Assembly: GCA_004431415.1 (NCBI GenBank)
Contig: QPMI01000696.1
Span: forward strand, 1 to 62,476
Direction of reading: 5' to 3'
DNA from: Cyanophora paradoxa CCMP329
Lineage: Eukaryota; Plantae; Glaucophyta
Length of the DNA stretch: 62,476 nt
Part shown: positions 25,969 through 37,751 of the stretch, piece after piece
Layout: each line of letters begins with the position of its first letter
Position numbering within the stretch: the stretch's first letter is position 1
The notes under the pieces: model-generated
Told to the model about the DNA's origin: nothing
The model's database searches: none
What the model saw: only the letters and a program-made list of their open reading frames with translations
Translations under genes and position numbers: made by a program

Positions 25969-26941
25969 TAATTTAAAATTTTCATGCAAGCGGCGCGGGC
26001 TGCGCGGCGCTGCAGCCAGTGATGTTATTCCAAATTAACCGAAAAACTGCCCATTCCGGGAATGATTCCTGGAATATTCCTAGTAATTATAAGATCATCG
26101 GATTCCGAATTCTTTATTGTTTTGTTTCTAGAATTTTAATCCCCGGGGGCCGGGGACCGCGGCCGGGCCCGTATGATTTTCTATCCGATGATCCGATGAT
26201 CATACCGTAGTACACGCGTACCGCGCACCCGGCCCATACATGAACCACGGTAACTATAGTACCGTGACGTGCTACTAGTATATGATCGCGGCGCCATCGC
26301 GCCAGCCCGGCGGCGAGGCTTTGGACTCCGGGAAATCATTATATTTCTAATTATTTGATATCGGATCCGGCCGGCCGGCGCCAGTCTCGCCGGCGAGTGA
26401 CCGCGAGTCGCCGCTAGATCGAGGGCAACGATCATGAAAAAAAGCTTGATCAAAACGGTTTGATAAAGATTGCCTGCACTGCGGCATGCAGCTGCCGCAG
26501 TGCCGGGCGGCCCGGGCCACTGCCGGCCCGGCCCGGGCCAGCGCTAGCCGCTGATCATGATCGCTGCCATGGCGGAACATGCCCGCGGCCGCGGCCGGCG
26601 GACTCGGCGGAACATGCGGCAATATTAATTTAAACTTTGAAAATAAATTGCAAAGCGCGGCTCCCCAGGCCCGGAGTCCGGCGCGGCGGCACAGCTGCAT
26701 GCGCAGTACTGTACACAGTGTACAGTACAGCTGCCCGGTAGTGACACAGCGGCACAGCGGCGCGGCGTGACTACTAGTAGTAGCCGCTGAGCGTAACTAG
26801 CGTTCCGCCGCTCTTACAGCCGGCGCCGTCCAGCCTGGCAGCTCAGCGGCTTGCAAGCCAGCAGCTGCGACGCCACGCTAGCCCGGAGCCGTTGCAAGCC
26901 GTGTCGAAGTCAAGCTAACCTGCAGCTGTGCAGCAGCCAAT

Positions 26942-27853
26942 ATGGGTGGCAAGGTGCGACGAGCCTCTCGAGCTCGTTCGAGCGCTTCTTACCGCGGCCG
27001 CCTGACCAAAGCACAGCCGTCAGTCCCGAAGCCGCCGCCGCCGCCACAGTTGAAATTTGGGTGCGCATGCATGAAGGAGAAGGCGGGCTGTTTGTGGTCA
27101 GTTACGTATATATTGCGCAGTTTCATTTGCATGCGAGACACGGCATGCACGACGCAAGTCAACCCACAAATCATCTTCGACTCTACGGTCCCTGTCAACT
27201 GCCCCCTCGACCAGTACCGCACGACGCCGTACCACGAGCAGTACCTCGCGGACTGCAACAACCAGAGGGAAATGCTGGCGAAGTGTTGGGAGGCCGGTGG
27301 CAAAGCGGTCGCGCAGTACGAATACTGCAATGGTGGCTACAAGCCGGTGCTGTCCCAAGTCCGCTCCAACTGCAACACGCTCGTCGAGGAGAGCGGGCGC
27401 ATTGGCCAGAGGCCCGGCAAGCATACGGCCGCGTGCGATCGGAACGGAAAGCCGATAGACCCAGAGTCTCTCAAGCCCAAGCTTAAGCCCGCTGCCAGCA
27501 AGCCCGGCGGCCGCCCTCGCGGCAGGCCCGTCCGGACGATCCGCGGCAGGCCCAGAGACCTCGACGACAACCTTCAAGCCGTGCGTCCCGCGCGCGCCCG
27601 CCGCCCTTGCCCCTTTGAATCCGACCTCGCGCTGCAGCACGACAACGACGACGGGATCGTGCCGTACGCGGTGGACGGGGACGGCGACGCGGCGGCGGAC
27701 GCGGCCGATGTCGACGTGCAGCTCGGCGGCCCCGCCGCCGACTTTGAGGGCGCCGCCGCGGACGACCTCGACGCGAGCGCCGCCGCCGTCTTCGGCGCCG
27801 AGGCCGCCCTGGACACCGACGGCGGCCCCCTGCACGCCCACGCCCTCCTCTAG
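26942..27853 (+). CDS. Unknown protein, family member F (Cys-rich domain, basic linker, acidic tail)
   Basis: MGGK|PSVPKPPPPPQLKFG, then an 8-Cys region, then GRPRGRP, then |HDNDDGIVPYAVDGDGDAAAD...DTDGGPLHAHALL*. Confidence 0.7.
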   Translation: MGGKVRRASRARSSASYRGRLTKAQPSVPKPPPPPQLKFGCACMKEKAGCLWSVTYILRSFICMRDTACTTQVNPQIIFDSTVPVNCPLDQYRTTPYHEQYLADCNNQREMLAKCWEAGGKAVAQYEYCNGGYKPVLSQVRSNCNTLVEESGRIGQRPGKHTAACDRNGKPIDPESLKPKLKPAASKPGGRPRGRPVRTIRGRPRDLDDNLQAVRPARARRPCPFESDLALQHDNDDGIVPYAVDGDGDAAADAADVDVQLGGPAADFEGAAADDLDASAAAVFGAEAALDTDGGPLHAHALL

Positions 27854-30559
27854 GCGCTCCTCTGCCGCTTGCAATTGTACATATGCATGCCTCTGACCGC
27901 GAATATAATTAATTCTTCTTTTCTGCTCACACTGATGAATAATGATTTGATGTTATGATCATGTCCTCTTACCGCAGTGCGGGGCGGGGCGGGGCAGGGC
28001 GGGCATCCTATACGAGATTCGTGGTACGGTGGCCAGTGCCGCTCGTAATTTTCCGCCCCTGCATGCAGCTCGAGCTCCGTGCCCATCCGTCTAGATCTTG
28101 GCTGCATCCGCCGCGGCCGATATCTAGATCCAGGCGCAACAAAACGGCGCCATAGGCCGAGATCAGATTCGCGGAGGGGTACATCGATATCAGGAGGAAT
28201 TCGAATAGAAGGCAGCAGGGGGCCGTCTCAAGCGACGGAAGCGCCGCCGCCGCGCTCGCCCTGAACCGCCCCCCCTTCGTGTGACGCCGTCCGCATGCCG
28301 TGGTCGCCACTGAACGCGCGGGCTGCGCCGCCGCGCCGCCCAGTCGCCACCGCCGCCGCCCACGCGCCGAGGCCGCCACTGAAGGCGCGGGCCGCGCCGC
28401 CCAGTCGCCACGGCTGCCGCCCGCGCGCCGCAGCCGCCATTAAAAGTGCAAACTGCGCTGCAGCTGCCCCACCCCCACCGCCGCCGCCCGTGCGCCGTTT
28501 CGGGGGTTAAGGCGGCCGCCAGTGCGCTCAGAGCGGCCGGATCGATATCCGGCGCCGAGGCTGCGGCGGGGGGTAAGAGGAGGGAGGGGGTTGCGGAGAT
28601 AATACACGGACCCGTCTCGAGGTCGAGGGAAGGAGGAGCGGGGAGGGTAGGGCCGCGAGAGCGTCGGCCGGGCCGCGGACGGGCTCGGAGGCCGCCGAGG
28701 GCGGGGTCGAGGCGACGCGCGCACTGAAGCCGCAGGATCCGGAGGCCCGAGGGCTGCAGAGGGGGTACGTATACCGGAGCTCATCACTTCCTCGCCCACA
28801 GCGCCCCCGGCGTGTCCAGGCGCCGGCCTCCAGGGCGCGAGGAAGCGAAGAAGCGCGGAGGCACGGCCGACGAGGAGAGAGCCTTCATCTGTGGCTGCGG
28901 CGCGTCTCGTCGAGGGGTCGGGCCGGGCGGGCGGGCCGTGAGGCGCCCGCCGCAGCCTGCGGGCGGCGTCAAGGGGGGAGGGGAGGGGCGCCGGCTCGGA
29001 GGGGTACCGCAAACGTGCGTCGGCTAGGTTAGGCCTACCAGCACCTGGGCGAGAGACAGCTCCTGAGCCGGCCCGCGGGGTTGCCCGGGGTACAGGTCGA
29101 TGGGGAGGGCGGGGCGCGCTCTGCAGGGGGAAGGCACGTTTGGGGGTCGGAAGGGCACGTCACGTAGAAAATTGGTATATGTGCCGTGGTGTACCAATAT
29201 TAATGCGACGTCCACTTTTGCCAAAAAAAAAAGGGGGGGGGGGGGGGGGGGGCGCGAGAGGCGGGCACGGGAAGCGGAGCTGGTGCGGGAGAAGCCGAAG
29301 GACCTGCGGCCCTGCGGGCGCGTGAGGCGGGGAGGAAGGGGGTCAGCCTCCGCGCCGGTGTGCGCACCGATTTTTACGGCGCCGAAGAGGGGAGTACGTA
29401 TACTAGTGGGGTCCGGCCGTCCCCGTCAGGTTGAGCGAATTACGAAGGCACTGTACATGTGCTGGCTGAGCCGAGAGAAGCCCCGGCGGTGCAAGGGACC
29501 GCGCAGCGGAGCCGGCGCTGGGGACGTGCACGCCAAGGGCGCTGCGGGACGTCAGGCGTCGGAGGGGGAGGATCGCCGAGCCACGCCTACGAGAGCCCGG
29601 CCCCCCTTGCCCTCGCTCGCTCCCGTTGCGCTTCGGGGGGCTGGGCCCGCGGCCGCTGGATCACGAATCGAAGCTGCAGGGCGCCAGGCACTGCGGCAGG
29701 GCGCGGGTCGCGGGGGGAACCGCCGGCGCCGAATCGAACCTCGCCCCAGCGCGGGCCGCGCGGCCGCGCGCGTTAACGTTGAGTCCGCGCGCGTGGACCT
29801 CCCGGAGTCCCGTGTACGCGCGCAGCCCGCCACCAGCAGAGCTCCAGCTTGCTGGCAACTGCGACTGGCTCGCGGGGCGCTGGTGCGCGCCGGCCGCGGC
29901 CGCGGAGGGCCAGAAATTATAGCGAAGATCGATGTCTAGAGCGAGCGCGCGCCGCGGCCGCAACAAGGAGGTCGCGCCGGCGCGCCCTCGCGCAAGCTAG
30001 CATCGCGCGTGAGGTCGAATGAGCGCCGCCATAGCGCCGCGGGCGTGCGAGAAGCGGTCAGCTTGCAGCTAGCGCTGCAGCGCGCGGAAACTTGAGCGCG
30101 GGCGGCCGGGCGCCAGGACCTCTGTGTAGCGTGCGCCGCGATTCGCGCCATGGGCGACCCCGTGCGCCCGCCCGCCCCCTCCGGATCCACCCCCCCTGCC
30201 CCGACCTGGACCGGCTCGCCGCGCGCTGCGAAGCCGAGGCACAAGACAACTCTCATCATGATCAGCAGCCGCGTCACTCTACCCCTCCCCGGCTGCTCCT
30301 GGTGCTCCAGTTTCACACCTCAGCGAGAGCCAGAACCTCGCGATACGCGGATCGTGGACAGCACGCACGTGTTTCACCAAAGGCGCGGACCCGCGGCGCC
30401 CGGGTCCGAAGAATTCGGCGAGCGGCCCCGCGGCCGCCGCCCGAGCGGAGCCTCGGAGGGCGCCACCGGCTCAGCGCGGCGCTCGACGGAATAAAGGGCC
30501 TGTGCGGCTCGTAGATCCGTCCGTTCGGCCCCCGGCCCCCGCTGCGGCGCCGCATGCAT

Positions 30560-32083
30560 ATGGAGCCGCGTCCGGAGCTCGAGGCGCTGAGGCTGGATGC
30601 GCTGGACGGGGTGCGCGGTCTCTGTGCCCTCATCGTCGTCGTCGGCCACCACCTCGTGCGCCCAACTCGCCGCCCGCGCGCCGAACCCGCCGACGTCGAC
30701 GTTAACGTTGACGCGCTCGAAGCTCTACTGGATCCTCGACCGCGGCGGCCGCGGGCCGGCGCTCGCCCTCCTCGGCATCGACTTCCTCACCCCCGTCACG
30801 ACCTTCATCGCGGCCAGCGGCTTCACGCTCGCCCTCGTCCACCCTTCCACCCCCTCGCGGAGCGCCTTCTTCCGCAAGCGCTTCGCCCGCGTCGCTCCCA
30901 TCTACTATCTCTCTCTGATCCTCGCTGCGGGTCCCCTCCTCGTGTATCAGCCTCGTGACGCGGCGAGCAGCGTACCCCTGACGCTCCTGGCGCTCCAGTC
31001 CATCCCCTGCCTCGGTATCTTCTGCTACCCCTCCGTCCTCCTGTACCCCCTGACGCCGCGATCGCCAGTCGGGAACGCGTTCAACGCTCCGCTGTGGACC
31101 GTCTCCGCCCTGTTCATCTGTGCGGTCCCCTCTGTCACTGACGCAGCTGTACCCCTGATGGGCCGCAGGCTACCTCCTGTACCCCTGGCTCATGGACCGC
31201 GTGAGGGACTTGCCGGCTCGCCGGGCCCTCCTGCTCGCCGGGCTGCTCTGGGGGGGTACAGTCGCCGTCGCGGTGCTCTTCCTGGGTACCCTCGGCCTGG
31301 GCCCCGGCCTCTTCCTGCACGCGTTCGTCGGGTTCCGCGTGCCCCAGTTCGCCTGCGGGGCGCTCGCGGGCCTCTGGGCCCGCCGGCGGCCCCTGCCCCG
31401 ACCGACCCTCGCCGCCGAGGCCTGCACCGCCGCCTTCCTCCTTGTTCGCCCCCCCCCCCCCCCCCCACATCATTTTTAAACATTAAACAGTACCCCCCCC
31501 CCGACGTCGACGCCCCGCGCAGGCGCAGCTCGCGGTGGTCGTCCACACTTACCTCGGGGGGAACCTCGTCACCTGGACCTACTACGGTACCCCCCGCGGC
31601 CGTCCGGGTCCCGTACCCCCCCCCGACCCCCGCCGCAGTGTACCTTGCGGAGTTCGCTCTGCTGCCGGCGGCGTGCCTCTGGTTCTGGGCCCTCTGCGAC
31701 CCGCTCTGCGCGGGCCCCACCCGCCGCCTCCTCGTCTCCCGCCCCCTCCGCTTCCTCGGCGCGGTCTCGTACCCCCTCTACTGCCTCCACTGGCCTCTCC
31801 TCGTCCTCCTCGCGTGGGCCGCCGCCGGCTCCGCCTCTCCCGACCGCGTCGTACTTTACGACTTCGGAGGCCTCAAGGTGCCCCCGCCGTCCCCCCGAAC
31901 CTCCCAGAATCATAAGGCTGTACCCAGGGCTGGTACTTCTTCCCATGGTGGTCGCTCCCCCTAACGACAGCGGCCTGCGTCGCCGCCGCGTGGGCCGCCC
32001 ATAGGCTCGTAGAGGTCCCTGCGCGACGCGCCCTCTCTCCTCCCCCTCCCCTTTCGAGCTCCCCTTCTAGATCTCTCCCCTGA
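30560..32083 (+). CDS. Acyltransferase family 3 (OafA/NolL-like) integral membrane protein
   Basis: LDALDGVRGLCALIVVVGH, FIAASGF, FFRKRFARVAPIY, PLWTVS, RFLGAVSYPLYCLHWP, HRLVEVP. Confidence 0.85.
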
Positions 32084-32775
32084 CTGTCTCTATCACACCT
32101 CCGGAGGGGCGTTTTGATGAGGAGGAAAGAGTGAGGTAGGAGCGAGGGGAGAGCGGGAGGACCCGGGAGAGACCGCTGAGGTGGGGCGGAGGAAAGAGTG
32201 AGGTGGGAGCGAGGGGAGAGCGGGAGGACCCGGGAGAGACCGCTGAGGTGGGGCGGAGAGAGACATGGGAGATGGGAGGAGGGAGGGAGACGTCTGTGGG
32301 GGAGAAAAGAATTCAAATTAAAGGGAGGTCTAGAATTCGAAGGGAAGAGAAGTGGAGCCTCGATCGCGAGCTCGGAGCTCGAGGGGAGGGGAGGGGAGGC
32401 GAAGGTCCGACGGTCGCCGCCGGGCTGCATGCGCAGCTGCAGCTGCAGCGCTAGCTGGCCCCGCGGTCGACGTCTCCAGCGCGCCGGCGCCGCAGGCCCG
32501 GGCCGGCCGCGGGCCCCGCCGGGCCGGCGCCGGCGCGGGGCCCCGCCGGGCCGCACATATGCATGTACATGTACACATATGCATACGTATACGCACTGCG
32601 CCGGCCCCGCAGCGCGTATACGTATGCGCGCGCGCGCAGTGCACGCGCGCGCAATTGCAATTGCGAACTGCAGCTAGCGCTAGCGCTAGCGCTGCATGCA
32701 GCTGCGCATGCGCCGACGACTTCGCCGAAGAAGAACGGCTGCGCCGAAAACCGGCAAAAAAACATAAAGCACAAA

Positions 32776-33629
32776 ATGACCAGCTTCGCCGTCAGCTGCA
32801 TCGTGGCGAGCCGGCCGCAGCAGTCGCTGGCCTCGACGTCCGCCCGCAGCCAGGCGCCACGCGCCAGCGAGCTGGCCTCGGTTCGGCGCGCACGGCACGT
32901 CGGCTTCGAAGCGGCTCGGCCAGCTGTGCAGTTCAGCTGCGAAGCGAATGCGCAGCCTGAAAAGCCGAAGAAGATTCCGCGCCGGCAGTGCGCTCCACGA
33001 CGCCGCCTGCAATCAGCCCTCGCTGATTCTTCTGCGTGATTTCAGGCAGCAGCGCGAGCGCGACCGCGCGATGAAAGAGGTGCGAACTATTGCGAGCAAA
33101 GAGCACGGCGCGCTTAGCTTTGCGGCGCGGCCTCGTGCGCGGCCGCGGCTCGAAGTTCGACTGCCCTTGCGCAGGTCTCCGTGACCAAGCCGGCGAAGGG
33201 AGCGAAGAGTGCGCCGCCGCTCCCTTTTCCCGTCGGCTCCGAGCGACGGCGGTCCAGCCTGCGGGGGCGGGGCGGCGCTGACGGGGCGGGGCGGGGCAGG
33301 GGCGGAGGTGCCCATGGACCCGGAGGAGGCGGCGTTCAAGCGGCAGTTCGAGAAGGACATGTGGGACAACGAGAGCCTCAACTGGCTCGCCGAGGTCGTT
33401 CGCCTCTGGCCCAGTGCGCCCCGCGCCCGCCCCGGGGCCCCGCCCCGCCCCTGCCCGCGTGCGCCTGACCGCGCGCGCTCCCGCCCCCTTCCGCCGCAGT
33501 TGTCATCGTCGCCATGGTGGTCGTGTGCGCCCCCGGCCCGCTTCTACCCGTCCTTTTCCGGCCTCACGTACCCCACCGCGCAGCGCCGGCATCGTCGCCG
33601 GCCGCTCGGGCTACCAACCCCTGCAATGA
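32776..33629 (+). CDS. Small putative plastid-targeted protein with C-terminal hydrophobic segment
   Basis: Ser/Ala/Arg-rich N-terminus MTSFAVSCIVAS; exons MDPEEAAFKRQFEKDMWDNESLNWLAE, VVIVAMVV, AGIVAGRSGYQPLQ*. Confidence 0.5.
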
Positions 33630-33706
33630 TGTGCCCCCCCCGGCGCCGCGCCCCGTGCACGTGTACCCTTCGGGCGCCGCGTTCAAATGCGAGTCGGCGC
33701 CGCTCC

Positions 33707-34981
33707 TCATTCGGATTCGGCGGGGGCGAGGGCGGGGAGCTCGCGCTCGAGGGTGACCTGAAGCTTGGCGGCGACGGCGGCGAGCCAGGCGCGGTCCTGG
33801 GGCGTGTACACGCGCGCCGTGTCCGTCCCCGCCACGAGGCACGCCTGCGCGCCCATCGGCTCCACCACCACCCCCTGCGTCCCCCGGGGCAGGAAGCTCT
33901 CGAACTCCGTCCGCGCTGCCGGCGCGCAAGGCTCGGCGGGGCGGGGGCCGGGGGCGCGGCGGGGCGGGGTGGGGCCGCGGGCGGACCGGGGTACGGGCGG
34001 AGGTCGGGGAGGGCGAGCTCCTTCTGCATCTTGAAGGCGAGGCCGAGGAGGGAGCCGACGGCGACGTCCCCCGAGGGCCCCAGCACGCCGGCCCGCAGCA
34101 CGCAGCGGCCCCGCACGCCCTCCCCCTCGCCCCCCTCCGGGTCGCACCAGACCACCACCGACCTGCCCCGCCCGCCGCCCCTCAGCCGAGCGCGCTCGCG
34201 GGCCGCGCGGGCGGGGGCCGGGGCGGACCGGGCGGGGGTGTTGGCGAGGACGGCCTGGGCGGCCCAGCGGAGCTCGCGCTGCGCCTCTTCGGAGAGCGAG
34301 GCGTCCACCAGCGTCCCCTCCTCGCCCTCCAGCGCCACAGGCGCCTGCCCGCCCGCCCGCTGCCCGCTCGGAGGCGCGCGGCGGGCGGCGGGGGGCAGCG
34401 GGGCGGCGGCGGGGCTGACGGGGGCTTGGGCGATGACGTTGATGCGGAGGACGCCGCTGAAGACGAGGAGGAGACTCGAGAGGAGGGCCGCCTCGTCCGA
34501 GCGCGACTGGCTCGTCACGAGCGTCGTCCAGTCCGTGAAGAGCACGCGGTTCGCCGCCAGCATACCCAGGCACGCGACCCCCGCCGCCAGCGGGAAGCGC
34601 CCGTTCCGCGAGCCCTCCCGCACGAACTCCACCACGCGCCCCGCCAGTCCGCCCTCGCCCGCGCCGTCGCCGGCCGCGAGGGCGACCCACGGCGCCGCGC
34701 TGCCGCGGCCGCTCTCGGGCCAGACCGTGCGGCGTGCGGCGGGGGCGAGCTGGAAGGACCGCCAGGCGCGGAGCTGGGAATGCCTGTCGTCCGCTCTCGC
34801 CCTCCTAGCGCACGGGCACACGTGCTGCGCGCGTGTCAGGCACGCGCGAGGCGACAGCACGGCGCGCTCGCACCGAGAGGCCAGGACCCGCGTGCGGGCT
34901 TGCTGGGGCTTCTAATGCTAGCCGGCGCCTAACCGGGGCGCCGGTGGGCACGGTGGGGGCGGAAAACGCGAGGTCGGGCAT
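33707..34981 (-). CDS. CCB4: Cofactor assembly of complex C subunit B (CCB2/CCB4 family, CCB4-like), cytochrome b6f heme ci biogenesis
   Basis: LAANR...SQSRSD...ELRWAAQAVLANT..RSVVVW...LPDLRPYPGRTEFESFLPRGTQGVVVEPMG...GTDTARVYTPQDRAWLAAVAAKL matches the family pattern as I recall it. Confidence 0.8.
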
Positions 34982-35020
34982 CGTCGAGAAGTCGCTCGTA
35001 CCCCAAATTGATCTCTTGGA

Positions 35021-35950
35021 ATGAGCGCTTTCGCCGTAGCGCCCGTCGGCCTCCCTAGCCGGAACGGTGGCTTCGTGCAGAGGTCTTCGGCCGTGTCGCT
35101 GAAGCCCCGGCCGGCCCTGCAGCAGTTGCGGAAGACGTTCGAGCACGCGTCGCCGTCGAGCAGCCGGCCGCAGTTCGAGTACGCGCGCGCGGAGAAGAAG
35201 GGATTCGGACGTGCGTCGGACCCTCGAGCGCTGCGCCGCTGACCCGTGCTGGACCTCCCGGCTAACTCGTGCCGCAGCCAAGAAGAAGAAGATCGAGGAT
35301 AAGGCACGCCGGGCTTGCACGAGCGAGACGCACGCCGCTCACGCCGGCGCGCAGGCCGCGGAGGCGCCGGAGGAGTATGGCGCGGCCGCCTCGCCGGAGC
35401 CCGTGCAGGCGGCGAGGGAGCGCGCCCCGTACCAGGGCCTCCCGCCCGTCGTCGCCGACCGCATGCTGAAGCGCATGCTCTCCTTCGCCGGTGCCCGCGC
35501 CGCCGCGCCCGCCCCGCCCCGCCCCGCCCCGCCCGTCGCCCCGCTTCCCCCGCGCGCGGCGCTCACGCGGCGGGGCGCGCAGCGCCGCCGCTCGTGTTGG
35601 GCCTCTCCTCGTTCCCCATGTACTACCTGCTCATCAAGAAGTTCAACATCGAGTTCGAGCCGGTGCTCCCCTTCGCCACCTCCTCCTTCTGCTTCGGCTT
35701 CGCCATGGTCGGCATCTCCTACGGCCTCCTCTCCGCCTCCTGGGAGCCCAAGATCCTCGGCTCCTGGCACGGGTGCGCCCGCGCGCGCCCCCCGGCCCTC
35801 CCCGGCCTCCTCGGCGCCGCCGCCCGGCCCCCTGACGCCCCCCGGTTCGGGTGCAGATTCGAGCAGTTCCAGAAGAACTCGTCGATGCTGCCGCAGATGG
35901 TCAAGGAGTTCTTCGCGCAGCAGCCCCTGCGCGACCAGGACCTCGACTAG
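35021..35950 (+). CDS. PAM68: PAM68 family photosystem II assembly factor (DUF3464)
   Basis: Transit peptide MSAFAVAP..., KKGFG, LPPVVADRMLKRM, two TM segments, GISYGLLSASWEP..GS..G.EQFQKN. Confidence 0.88.
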
Positions 35951-36329
35951 GCGCCCCGCCCTGTGCCCCGCCCGTCTCCAGCGAGCGCAAGCCGGCCGCC
36001 AGTTCCAATGCAGCCGCGCGCGGGGGGGGTGGGGGGTCGCCGGCGCCGACGTGCAGCCGAGGCGGCAGCGGCCGCTAGGGCAGGCCGCGCCGAAGAACAT
36101 GGCCATGGGACGGGCCCGGGCCCGGGCGGCCCGGCAGCTCGCACCTCCCGGCCTTCGCATCTAGCCCCGGGCGCGTTTCGGGCGCGCGAACGCTGCGACT
36201 CTACATACCATTCGCGGTTGCACGCAGCCGGGCTGGCTGCTCGAGAGACATCCGCAGGGAGGGGCGGAGGCGGCAGGGCGGCGCGGCGGGGTGGGCGGGG
36301 CGGGCGGGGCGGCGCGGGCGGCGCGGGGC

Positions 36330-37391
36330 TCAGGAGCCGGAGGCGGGGGCGGCGAGGGCGCGGACGCGGTGCTCGAGGGCGAAGACGTGCTCGTCCTGCG
36401 CGCCGAGTGAGGGGCGGGGGGGCGGGGGTCGTGGGGCGGGGCGGGGCGGGCGCGCGTGGGCGGCGATGGAGCGGAGGAAGGCGGCCAGGCGCAGCAGGTA
36501 CTCCGCGTTCGGACCCGACGGGCCTGCCAGGCTCAGGGGCGGAGCGGGGAGGCGGGGCGGGCGGCGGGGGGGCGGGGCGGGGGCGGGCGCACCGGCGGCG
36601 GAGTGGATGGTGCGGGCGATGGCGTCGAGGTCCGCCTCGCAGTCCCCGCAGCGCGCGCACGCCGGGCCCGCGTAGTTCGCGTTCTCCGCCGTCCCCAGGT
36701 ACACCAGCGCCTGCCCCGCCCCGCCCGATCGGCCGCCCTCCGGCAGGCCTCGGGCGCGGACGGAGGGGTACGGCGCACGCCGCGGACGAGGGGGTGCTCC
36801 GAGTGCTCGTGGAAGACGTCGGCCGTCGCGCGCACGTACCCCCCCTGCGCACGGGGTTCGCGATCGCGGGGTCGATGGGGTAAGGTCTGGACGGGGACCT
36901 TCTCGCGGTAGTCGAGGGCGGAGAGCACGCGCTCGGCGTCCGCGGCGTCCACCTCGAAGGCCACACCCCACACCTGCGCCCCGGGGCCCCCGCCCGTGAG
37001 CCCTGCCCTGGCTCCGTCGGGAGCTGGGCGCTGCCGCGGGCGATGCGCACGCGGGAGGCGGGGCTTGAGTCGGGGATAAGAGTCACGACGCGGCCCTGCA
37101 CTTCCGGTCGGCGAGTATCGATGTGAGCGGCGGCGCCTAGGCCTCCGAGCTCGAGGGCGCTGCGCTGGGGGCCCGGCGCACGGGGGCGCCTGGCACGCCA
37201 CGGTGGTCTGTGCTATGCTGCCAGAACCGTCTCCTCCACCCCTGCGCCACGCCGCGCGGTCAGCGGAGCGCCGCCGCCCGTCTGGCCCGCACGCAAGCAG
37301 CCCGCACCCGAACGAAGCCATGCACGGACGAGCGGAAGGGAAAATCCGGCCTCCAGCACAGGCTCCCATAGCCGAAGATCCAGACGCTCAT
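36330..37391 (-). CDS. chaC: ChaC glutathione-specific gamma-glutamylcyclotransferase
   Basis: MSVWIFGYGSLCWRP, RRFWQHSTDHRG.PGAPGRVVTL, VWGVAF, LDYREKGGY, GPSGPNAEYL. Confidence 0.92.
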
Positions 37392-37751
37392 TTCGAATTC
37401 CTTCAAGTTTCAGCGCTCTGCGCTCAGCTGCTGCAGCTATTCGACGGCGCAATGTCGCGCGCAGGGCTCGCCGAAGCCAGGGTGGCGCCGCAAACGCGCG
37501 GAAACCAGTCAAGAGATGCCTGGCCTCCGCTTCGTGCCGCTGGCTTGCGCCGCCGGGCGGCCGCGCACGACACTCACTGAGGGGCGCGGCCGTTCGTCCC
37601 GGCGACGGCTCTTTTCAACCCCGCCGGTTCGCCTGCGCCGCAGGAAGCCGCTCTCCGAAGCCTGCGCTGACCAGGGGCGGGATGCACTCTTTGAACGCGT
37701 ACCCGGCGAGCGACTTGCTGCTAGCGGCAGCGCTCGAGGGGCTCAGCACCG

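Noticed and set aside
5185-27853. Family C-termini as PTS1, HDEL or CaaX signals
   Set aside because: HLL, NLL, ALL, QLC and ALC do not jointly fit any of these canonical motifs; a non-canonical use is not excluded.
28000-30500. Possible small spliced gene(s)
   Set aside because: Intron-like segments are present, but I could not build a consistent model or recognise a domain.
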